A stretch of 64,000 nt of DNA from the NCBI GenBank assembly GCA_021613535.1, contig CP075496.1, forward strand, positions 8,618,001 to 8,682,000, given 5' to 3'. The notes under the pieces were generated by a model that was not told the DNA's origin, did no database searches, and saw only the letters and a list, made by a program, of their open reading frames with translations. Of the stretch, positions 13,801 to 23,617 are shown piece by piece. Positions within the stretch are counted from its first letter, which is position 1, and each line of letters opens with the position of its first letter. Origin of the DNA: Adineta vaga. Its lineage: Eukaryota; Animalia; Rotifera. Position numbers and translations under genes: made by a program.

Positions 13801-14143
13801 GTCTCTACAATGATTCAAGAATGACAAGTAGGACAGTAATTATCTCAATTTCTTTCGAAAGGATTAACTGTCTCTAAATATTGCTAGAAAGAACTTATTC
13901 TAGAAGCTTATATATAAAGTTCATAGTCTATCTAGAATTTATCTTGTGATGTAAGAAAAGAAATGTAAAAACATCTGCGTTCATTTTTAACATTTATATA
14001 TTTATAAAAAGAATAAATGTACTACAAAAGAAGCAATGTTTTGGAATGATAGACATTCTGTTTGATCTATCCTGACAAGCAGAACGATGGAAAAACAAAA
14101 ATTTCAAAAATAATAGAAAATGAATTTATTAATAGCAATGTCG

Positions 14144-14992
14144 TTATAAAATGTCTTTTAACAATTCACCCGCTTTTCTCAATTGTTCTATTCTTGATTT
14201 GTCTGGTTCAGATAACCAAAATAAATTATTTTCTAATAAACCAGCTAAAACAAAAGCATGGCCCATTTTCGGTTTACTAAGATTAATCACTTGCTCTAAA
14301 GTATAACCCTGTCCTAAATGATCCCAGCCATCAAAATCTACTAATGCCATTGGTCGTTGTTGTTTATTATCGATATCTCCACAACAATATTTTATATAAA
14401 TATCATTGAGTTTTTTATAGGCATCTGTTTGTTCAACATATTTAGCATACAATGGTGCGTAGATTGTTTTTCGAGCTTCAATATAATTTAATCTCTGTCC
14501 GTTCCATAATGAGTAGAGTGGTTTAATTGTTGTTCGTCCGAGAGGAAATCGATGTGGTTTAGAATCATTCCAACCATCTTCAGCCCATTTCCAATACGCT
14601 GAAGAAGGTGTATTATCATCAGTTTCAGTAAATTGTTTATAAACTTTACAAAATTGCCAAGCATTTTCCATATTTTTTGCTGTGTACATTGTTCCATCTT
14701 TTGGATTTGGATACAATTCGATTGGTCCTAAGAAAAAAGGACTGAATTCTAAGCACCATTTTTCTTTCGTTGTTGATGTTACATTATGAACGAGCCAATT
14801 TTCTTTTATTATACACTCTGGTTTTGGACGTCGCATAGCAAAAATTCGTATGTGATTTAATGATGCTAATAATACTGATGAACGACGATTCTGTTGAGAA
14901 TGAATTAGATCAGTAAGATTCGTTTGTTTGGGTTGCTTCAATTGTTCATCTGCAAACGAATTTTTACGTTTATTTCCTGTGCTCGACGCCAT
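14144..14992 (-). CDS. DUF6939-like / NADAR-like protein of probable bacterial or viral origin
   Basis: Intronless 282 aa. Motifs NVTS..FSPFFLGP, AKNMENAWQFCKVY, YIEARKTIYAPLY, LVDFDG and MGHAFVLA. Basic N-terminal extension NKRK. Confidence 0.65.
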   Translation of the reverse strand: MASSTGNKRKNSFADEQLKQPKQTNLTDLIHSQQNRRSSVLLASLNHIRIFAMRRPKPECIIKENWLVHNVTSTTKEKWCLEFSPFFLGPIELYPNPKDGTMYTAKNMENAWQFCKVYKQFTETDDNTPSSAYWKWAEDGWNDSKPHRFPLGRTTIKPLYSLWNGQRLNYIEARKTIYAPLYAKYVEQTDAYKKLNDIYIKYCCGDIDNKQQRPMALVDFDGWDHLGQGYTLEQVINLSKPKMGHAFVLAGLLENNLFWLSEPDKSRIEQLRKAGELLKDIL

Positions 14993-15988
14993 TTACTTCT
15001 TCTCTTTTCTCATAAATGATCACCAGACGGTTAAAATGATGGTGTCATAACGTAATTACGTCACATTTTTGTAAAAAAAAGAAAAAGAAAAACATATGAA
15101 GGAAAGAAGAAAATGATTGCTATGAGAAACCAGACACGTGGAAACTATCTATTTTATGTAACAACTTCTTGTAACAAGTTTTGAGAATAATATAATGCAG
15201 ATCATAAACAAAATTTATTTGAACATACTATCTGAAATCGTTATTCGAATAGCAATAAATTTCATTTTGTCTCTCCTCATATATTTGATCGACACTGTTG
15301 GATACGGAAACTTCATTTATTACCAGTGATTTCTTAATATAAATATAATTTAAGAAATGAATTTCGATAAGTCTGATCATGCGACATCAAGTATTCTTTC
15401 AGCTGCAAAACATTTGATGAACGAAAGTCGCGCCTAACGTTTCTTGACAATTTGATTTTAATTATCTCAAAAATTTGAAAGTAAAATTCGTCTTTTTTTC
15501 TGGACATTCTGTGTACGAGTCGAATATCATGATCAAATTCGGGATAACAAATGTTCTCAGTTGATTCTCGATATATTCGTTTCGCGTTTAGAACATGAAT
15601 GCTTTTCGCATTAATGATAAACATTCATTTTTGTTTTCTGAAGAAGGACTCTACTTTGCTAAACTGTACTTGATAAAAACTTATGTGTAGGCTCGTAAAT
15701 GATAACAATCGTTAAAAGAAACAGTGCACTTCTTAATCTATAGTATTCAAAAAGGTTCTGATGGAAGTTGTTACACTCTTTCTTCATTTATTGCCATGCA
15801 TCATCAATAGCAGTTCTTTCTATTTCTCTTCTTTGTTTGACAAGCTTGTCTTCATAATATTTCTGCGTTCTTATCAAAAACACCAATGCTTGTCGTCATG
15901 GTTAACAAAGAGAAAAAAAAGTCACATTTACTATTTTTTTCTCATTCTTTTTTTCTTCTTAAGTTTTATATCACATGTTTATCATATA

Positions 15989-17053
15989 ATGAATTACACT
16001 GGAAGTTTTACAAAATTACTTAATTTAATTAAATCTAATATCTTCTTTTGCCGGCATCGATTCTATTTATTTATTCGTTTCATCATAATACTGATCTTTT
16101 GTTTAATATTTGGTTTCTTTTCATCTGTACATTATTATTCATTTTATTGCAATAATCGATTTCAACAAGGTTTAATTGAAGCTAATCGACGTCATTTATG
16201 GAATGTAAAACTAGGTGTCCGAAATCAATTTATGCCAATTTTAATGCCAGTGTGTGATCGACCACATTATTTAAAAAGAGTTCTAGATGGATTAATTCAA
16301 GTAGATGGAATAAATGAGGTAATAATCTTTATAGTAACACTAAAATCTGAAACCACGTAAAGTTTTAAATCAAATATCATTAAACAAGTTCTTTCTATTT
16401 AGACTATTATCATTGTATCACAAGATTGTGATCAATCATCAATTACATCGTTATTAACTTCTCTTCCTTCTTTTATTCGTATATTAATTCTTCCACATAC
16501 ACCGCCTTACTTTTCGTTACCACGTTATGTCGATACGAATGAATATGCCACTTCTGCGAATGTTAAATTCTTATTGGAATTTTCATTCGAATATATGTTT
16601 GCTGACGGTGCAATACTTCTAGAATCTGATCTTATTCCTTCCGTAGATTTCTATCGTTATCATCAATGGACGTATCAACATTTACTAATGGGAAATCATT
16701 CGAAAATTCTTTCAATTCATTCTTTTAATATTCATTCAACAAATCTATCGGATCCCTATCGTTTATTTTCTCGTCAATTCGATTCATGGGGTTGGTCAAC
16801 AGCTAGAACACGATGGAATTGGTTAAAAAATCATTGGACTAAATATAATGGTTGGGATAGTATTATAAGTCGTGTAGCAAAACGAGATAAATGGATATGT
16901 ATGATACCGAAATTGAGTCGAACAAGAATGATTGGTTTAAAAGGAATTAATGTCAATGTTAAACTTGAATCAGAAAAGAAACAATTCGAAGAAGATATGT
17001 ATATGAGTGAGAAGAAAATAGAATATCGTGGTAGAAAACCAAATATTTTGTGA
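15989..17053 (+). CDS. GT13 (GnT-I/MGAT1-like) type II membrane glycosyltransferase; 2 exons
   Basis: N-terminal TM, then VCDRPHYLKRVL, IIVSQDC, LESDL..SVDF, GW....W, WD and CMIPKLSRTRMIG. Intron ~16319-16402. Confidence 0.8.
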
Positions 17054-17726
17054 AATGAAGATCTTCATACAATCTTTTAATTGATGTTTCACGATATTAC
17101 ATGTTATTTATTGATGAAAGAAATCGATCTGCAATAATGTATTCATTTCTATATTACTGTTATTGAATTTTCGAAGTAATTGATCAGACGAGAGTTCTTA
17201 TCAAATCACCATCGAAACGATACATAAAACTTTCCTTTAAAGAATCATCTCAGAGTTCGGTTAGAACTATAACTATCTTGTGTTGATATTTCTTTTTTGA
17301 ACGATTGCATACATATGATGTTTTTCTGGAGGTCATATTTTTTGTCAAATTCTATTCGTCACAGTAAGAGATGAACACTTCATTTTCATCTGTTCTTCGT
17401 TTTTCTCATACAAACTATTTATTATCATAACAAGTGAAAATATGCGAAACAAAATTATCCTCGTCAATCGTTAATTGGCTAACACGTGATCATAAATCAA
17501 TATAACACCTGGAACGATAAAAGAAAACGAGACACCATCTGGAAGTGGTTAACACCTTTGTCTGATATTTTCAGCGAGAAAAGAATGATGGTATATAAGG
17601 ATGTAGATCAATACACAAGAACAACATCATCCTCTATTATACGTGAGAAAAAGATCATATTTCAGGTATGTGAAGCTATTAAAAGTGAATTATCTGTTAT
17701 CATATTTTTCTTCTAGTTTACACAAA

Positions 17727-18032
17727 ATGTTTTCCAAAACTATTGTATTTCTCGTGATTATGTGTTTGATTGTATCGTTCTGTCATGGTAAAAATGTACC
17801 TGAAGAAATGCATCATATCACAATATCATCTGATGAAGCAAATGGATTTCTTCATTCATCGGATCCGAACAATGTTGGAATCAATCTTACTCGACGTGAA
17901 ATTGGTAGCAATTGTGTACCTTGCAAATTGAATATGAATCCATGCTGTCCACCAAATATTTGTATCAAAAAAACATTCTGGTTTGATGAATGCATGGAAG
18001 TTAAGCAAACAGAAGCTGCAAAACGTTTGTAA
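17727..18032 (+). CDS. Secreted prepropeptide with 6-Cys knottin-like (C-C-CC-C-C) mature domain
   Basis: Signal peptide MFSKTIVFLVIMCLIVSFCHG, acidic pro-region, RR cleavage site, then C-x2-C-x6-CC-x4-C-x9-C. Confidence 0.75.
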   Translation: MFSKTIVFLVIMCLIVSFCHGKNVPEEMHHITISSDEANGFLHSSDPNNVGINLTRREIGSNCVPCKLNMNPCCPPNICIKKTFWFDECMEVKQTEAAKRL

Positions 18033-18772
18033 ACAAACGTTTCGTTAGATTATTTAATCAAGCAAATAGCATCTTTTCTGTATAGTGTAGCGTGTTATTT
18101 AAAGAAAAGAAGAGTTTTACTTTGTTAGTTTAAGATCTAAAATATAGAAATAAATTGAAATTCATGTATTCTAGCAAAATGATTTGTTAAAAGCGATATC
18201 AGAAGTTACAATTATTGAACAAAGATATTTCCATATTGGTTTACAGTTTTTCGATCATTATTCATATTTGCACTTCGAGATTTTTATTATTATATGCCAC
18301 CGGTCTGACTATCTTATAAATAAACTTAACATTAGCAAAATGTCACGTAGAATTTCATAGAATATTGTCTTCTCTTTTTTGGAAATAACTCATGGCGGAT
18401 CTTTCATTTTCTTTTTTATCAATTATCGACTAATTTCTGCCTATCTATACTGCAATCTACAGACATAAATTTGTGTATAATGAGTTTAATGACAGAACAA
18501 AATCTATTAACATTGAATGAATTCAAGTGAAACAATAATATTGCATTTATTTCAAAATGTTTGTTAATGGATAAGACAATCTTCGAAGATAAAAAGAAAA
18601 AATAGACCATAAAGACCTTCATTGAATTCCTTCAAAACACGATAAAATCTTCTATGAAAATTTTTTTATCTTAAAAAACCCCAACGCCTCCGTTGATCTT
18701 TTCTTGCTATATTATATAAATCTATCAAGAAGAATTTGCAGGTCTGTCTCCTTTATTCTTGTAATAGATTTC

Positions 18773-20196
18773 ATGGCATCGAATTTTCTTCTCGATATAA
18801 AATTAACTGAACAATTTTCTGATGTTTGGTTAGAACCATTAAGAATCTTACCATTAATTGAAGATTATGAACATTTGCCAATCGTTGCTTTTGATAAAGC
18901 TGTTCAACCAATACAATCTCTCGTGCCAGAACTTGATCGTATGATTTGGATAGTTCAACAACGTTGTCAACAAATCGAAGGAAATCTAACATACAATGAA
19001 TCAGCATCGATTATGCTCTATTCTATTGAATGGACTCCAAAAGAAAACTCATTTCATCATTTATTCAATCAAATACTTCGATCAGATAATCGTCAATTAC
19101 TTAAACCATGGTTACTCTATTTCAAGTTACTTCTTACATCTTATTCTAAACTTCCAACTAAATCTATTTCAAAGGTCTATCGTAGTGTATCAATGAATTT
19201 AAGTTCAAAATATCTTATTGGATCAACATGCATATGGTGGGGATTTTCATCATGTACAATGTCTGAAGAATATGTTGATCAATTTTACAATGAAACTGGA
19301 CAAAGAACATTATTTCAAATTGACTGTCAAACAGGAAAAGATATTCATCAACATACATTCTTTCCAAAACAACAAGTTTTATTTTTACCTGCACGACAAT
19401 TTGAAATTATCGACAATTACCAAGAGAATACTAATCTCTGTGTTATACATTTGAAAGAAATCGAACCATATATTTGTTTTCTTAAACATCTGTCAACAGT
19501 GGATACACTTCTTTTACGAACACGATCGATGAGTGATTATACGAATTCTAAATTAGAACATTTTATTGATCATTTCAAAGCTTGTAGTGAAATTAAATTA
19601 GCAAATTTAAACTTAAATGATCATGATATGGATATTATTATTCAACAAGCAATTAATAATAAAAATTGCACAGAATTATCATTGAATAATAATCAAATAA
19701 CTTGTCGAGGTGCATTCATTCTTGGATCAATTCTATATAATAATACAACATTAAAGAAATTAGTCTTAGCAAAAAATTCTATCGGTGACTTAAGTATCAA
19801 GTATTTCACACAAATTCTTGCAACTAATCATTCACATTTGACTAAATTAGATCTTTCATCGAACAATATAACTATAAAGGTATTCAATATTTTTCCGAGA
19901 TGTTGAAAACAAATCAAATATTACGATCATTATGGTTAAATGGAAATGAAATTAGTGATGAAGGTGTTCATTCTCTAATGAATTCTCTTGCTTTTCATAA
20001 TACATCTTTGAAATTTTTACGATTATCATCGGATCAAACGATCAGTGATGCTTGTATTGATTCGATAATCGATATGGTTAAACATAATACAACACTAAAT
20101 TATTTGGATATTCAACATTGTAATCTATCGTCAACTGGAAAATTATTATTGGAAAAAAACGTTCGATCAAAAAAAGATTTTTATTTAGATATTTAA
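18773..20196 (+). CDS. ART (NAD:arginine ADP-ribosyltransferase-like) domain + RNI-like LRR protein; single-base frameshift at ~19874
   Basis: ESASIMLYSIEW, VYRSV, WWGFSSCT and RTLFQI motifs. LRRs LSLNNNQIT, LDLSSNNIT and LWLNGNEISDEG. ORF 19900-20196 continues the LRRs. Confidence 0.85.
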
Positions 20197-20341
20197 TAAT
20201 AAAAGAACGAGCCTCTAAAAGATGAGTCATTAAAAACCATAGAATATTACATAGATTTCATTTCATTGGTTACTGTAAGACAAACGTAACCTTGAAATTT
20301 TGAAATAAACGTATTTTGTTTTCTGTCACAAGTTGTATAAC

Positions 20342-21199
20342 ATGGCATCGAAAAAACTAATCACAACTGATGCAATCACAAAGAAGATAAATAATTTGGC
20401 AATCAATAAAATTACTGATACAGCTCATTTCTATCGAGAAAGATCGGGAAAAGATAAAATTAATTTTGCTCGTCTTGAAAAAGGTCTTCTTCTTTTTATT
20501 TATCTTTATGAAACAGCAAAGAATACATTAGCATCGGAAATAGCTCTTTGGGATCATCGTCTTTGTTATTATATGATTAAAGATGGTAAATGTACAAAAA
20601 CATCTGATCAATGTCATCGTGAACATAAAACAAATTATCGACAACCAAATCTTTGTTCTTCATGGTATAAAACTCGATCATGTACATCTAATTCAAAATG
20701 TAAACATTCTCATCAATTTGAAGAAGTATTAAAATATCATCATTATATTCGAACAGAAACTGAAATGAATATTTATCAATTAATTCGATTTATTCGAAAT
20801 TTTGCTGGTCATTTCATTGATTCTGTCATTGAAGATCAAAATAATCAGCAAAATCTATATAAAGACATAGTTATTACTATGGTTCATATAGTTCATTATT
20901 TAAGTCGGAAAAAAATCAATTCAATTGAACATTTGAATCTATTTCTTGAAGCAACAACGATTAATCAATTGATTTCTGAACAAGATCTTCTAATCGAACT
21001 GGGGAACCCTTATGAAATTCCAGAGGTATTCTTTGATCTCAACATGAATTTTAATACACATTGGTATCGTTTCAATGGAGATAAACGATGTATTAATTTC
21101 CAACAACTTTCCAAGGAATTTGTCGAATTTTTTAACACTATTTTTGTCGAATTTTATGAAGGACGTTTGAAATCTCGAGGTGCCAAAGCACCATGGTGA
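20342..21199 (+). CDS. Kinase-less KEN (IRE1/RNase L-type) ribonuclease domain with inserted tandem CCCH zinc fingers
   Basis: C-x8-C-x6-C-x3-H and C-x8-C-x5-C-x3-H fingers. NIYQLIRFIRNFAGHF matches the KEN RNxxxH motif. The segments FARLEKGLLLF, LKYHHY and SKEFVEFFNTIF match other KEN helices. Intronless. Confidence 0.72.
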   Translation: MASKKLITTDAITKKINNLAINKITDTAHFYRERSGKDKINFARLEKGLLLFIYLYETAKNTLASEIALWDHRLCYYMIKDGKCTKTSDQCHREHKTNYRQPNLCSSWYKTRSCTSNSKCKHSHQFEEVLKYHHYIRTETEMNIYQLIRFIRNFAGHFIDSVIEDQNNQQNLYKDIVITMVHIVHYLSRKKINSIEHLNLFLEATTINQLISEQDLLIELGNPYEIPEVFFDLNMNFNTHWYRFNGDKRCINFQQLSKEFVEFFNTIFVEFYEGRLKSRGAKAPW

Positions 21200-22259
21200 G
21201 AACAATGCAATTAATTGACTGAATGCATAGTTATTTTTCATATACACGAATACAATACGAATAAATTGAAATACAAAACGACATTCTTTTGAATCTCGAT
21301 CGATATGAACTATGATTAACAGAGTTGTTTCTTACTAATAGGCTGAAAAATGAATAAAAAATGTTACTTAACACTGTATGTGTGTGGCTACACATCCTAT
21401 ATTAGATATAGGATCATAGAGAATGACCGTTCGTCGGGAAGATAAACAAATAAAAATAATATTACTTCCAATCATTCATAGTATCATTTTGATTTGATTT
21501 ATTCGACGAATTGATGATGTTAAATTATAAGCCCGAGCAAATAAATGTAAATTTTACAATATATACGTATTCTGTTCCAAATTGAGACTATTTCAATGTT
21601 TACCCAAGTATGATAAATATTATAGGAAAAGTAATAATAATTTCAGTTTGAATTCAATTAAGGATAAGAATAATATTCATTGACATCGTGAAAATCTCGA
21701 TTAATATACTTGTTCATTAATATAAATGATTCGTCTTGAAAATCGAAGGTAACAGGGAAATTAATAATCTTTGTTGCTTATATCTCGGAATAATTATACA
21801 CCGTCATAGTAATATGATAACATATTTTAGCAAGAAAAATGCTGATAATCAGTTTAAAACATCAGCAGTACACCAAGAAGTATCATTCACAGAAATCATA
21901 TTCTTTTTATTTCGAAATAAAATTAATAAAATAGTTCGCCTCAACATTTTCCAAAACTGTGGTTTTAATTAACTTTCAAAATAGGATTGCAATAGGATTA
22001 CGAATGTAACACAGTTTTCCTACATACTCAAGGATCACTTAGATTCTGTAGTCCATTACGTACATTATTGCGGTAGATTCACTGTTTGCTGATTTGTTCT
22101 TTTCTTTTGTTATCTTTATAATCGGAACAAAAAACCAAAATCCACGTTGGTAAGCACAAAAGGCTATTCTCCTCCACCAATACAAAGAGAAACAACGTAA
22201 TATTCGACAAATACTTTCGTGAAAAATATCATTAAAAAAAACCTAAGTTATTTATCTAA

Positions 22260-23041
22260 ATGGCAACAAATGATGATGTCTTCAATTCAATTAAATCTTC
22301 TCTTCAATCTGAGAATTATACAATATTTACGTCTATCAATGAATGGGAAAGGCATTCAATCGGAAAAATTCAATTAGTTGCTGAACAAGTTCGAAACGAT
22401 TTAAAACGATTATTTGATAAAAAACGTGAAGATGTTCATAATTTATTAATACAATCAAATAATCGAATTGATCGAAATTCTATGATAAATAATGATTTAA
22501 TAGACTTAACCAAAGAATTACATAAATTTCGTGAGGAACTATTAAATTTAACGTCAAAAATTCATATAGAACATGATAAAAATCAATCACCAATTTATTT
22601 GATTAAACTTTTGCCGCAACAAAAGGATCGAATCTCTACAAGTTTGGTAATTCATCAGAGAAAGCTATTTTTTTTAATTTCTAAACATTTGATTTTGCAT
22701 AGGATGAACGAACTATCGATGTGCCTGGAACAAAATTATTAACATTATCACGGCTTCATCAGATGACAATAATAGAACAAAAACAAGTTTTAGGTGAACG
22801 GCTTTTTGTGCTTATTCAGCAAATTGAACCGAGACTAGCAGCAAAAATTACAGGAATGTTTCTGGAATTAGATATAAAATATATTTTAATGTTAATTAAA
22901 TCAGATGCTATTCTCAAAGAGAAAGTTCGTATCGAAAGATGAATTATGACTATAATATTGTCTGATTTTGTCTAGATCAAAGAAGCAATTAATGTATTAC
23001 GTGTTCATCAACACAAACAACGGCATGTGACGGAACGATGA
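22260..23041 (+). CDS. Coiled-coil + MLLE (PABC) domain protein; 3 exons
   Basis: Exons 22260-22646, 22703-22924 and 22976-23041. EQKQVLGERLFVLIQQIEPRLAAKITGMFLELD...LKEK/IKEAINVLRVH is a MLLE domain. No RRMs are present. Confidence 0.85.
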
Positions 23042-23617
23042 ATTGAACTATTTCTGAGAAAGATTGTTTCAATAAAAGAAAAGTGCGAAGGCAGCTCGCC
23101 TTCGCGGATATATATTATGAGATTGAAATCTTAGTTGAATGAATGATTTTTACTCGATATTCTTTGTTAACAATGCTATATATTCACAATTAATGTCGAA
23201 GATGGGTTCGAGAACTTGTGAATTCAATTGAAGATCATGAATTGTCGTTGTTGTAATTTTACTGTTCTTTTCTTTTCTCCGAAAGATTATCATTCGAAAG
23301 CACGTGGAAGATATGATAGAAGTATAGACAAAAAAACATAATGATAAATCTTATCTACCGTGTTGGTAGAGATGAAGTAATATATTTCAAAAAAAAGAAA
23401 AAAAGATGTAGATGGAAGTTAACAACATTTCATATAGAAGAAAAATGAAAGTTTTCTATCACCAGTGATATGTGTAGAGGATTTATTATGATCAAGAATT
23501 TGATAATAATGCGTTTTTAATACCGATTTCTGTTTTAAGTAGTACTATCTACTTGATTTTTGTTAAACAAGAGTCCAGTATTGAATATTCATCTATTTTA
23601 TGGATATTTGTTTGCAG

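Noticed and set aside
15334-15624. 96-aa ORF with faint PIF1/Helitron-like words (KLSRNVR; SLVINEVS nearby)
   Set aside because: The motifs are in the wrong order for PIF1 and there is no Walker A, so no product can be supported.
19860-19910. Programmed ribosomal frameshift in ART-LRR
   Set aside because: No canonical slippery heptamer or stimulatory structure was seen, and the same one-base loss occurs in three unrelated genes.
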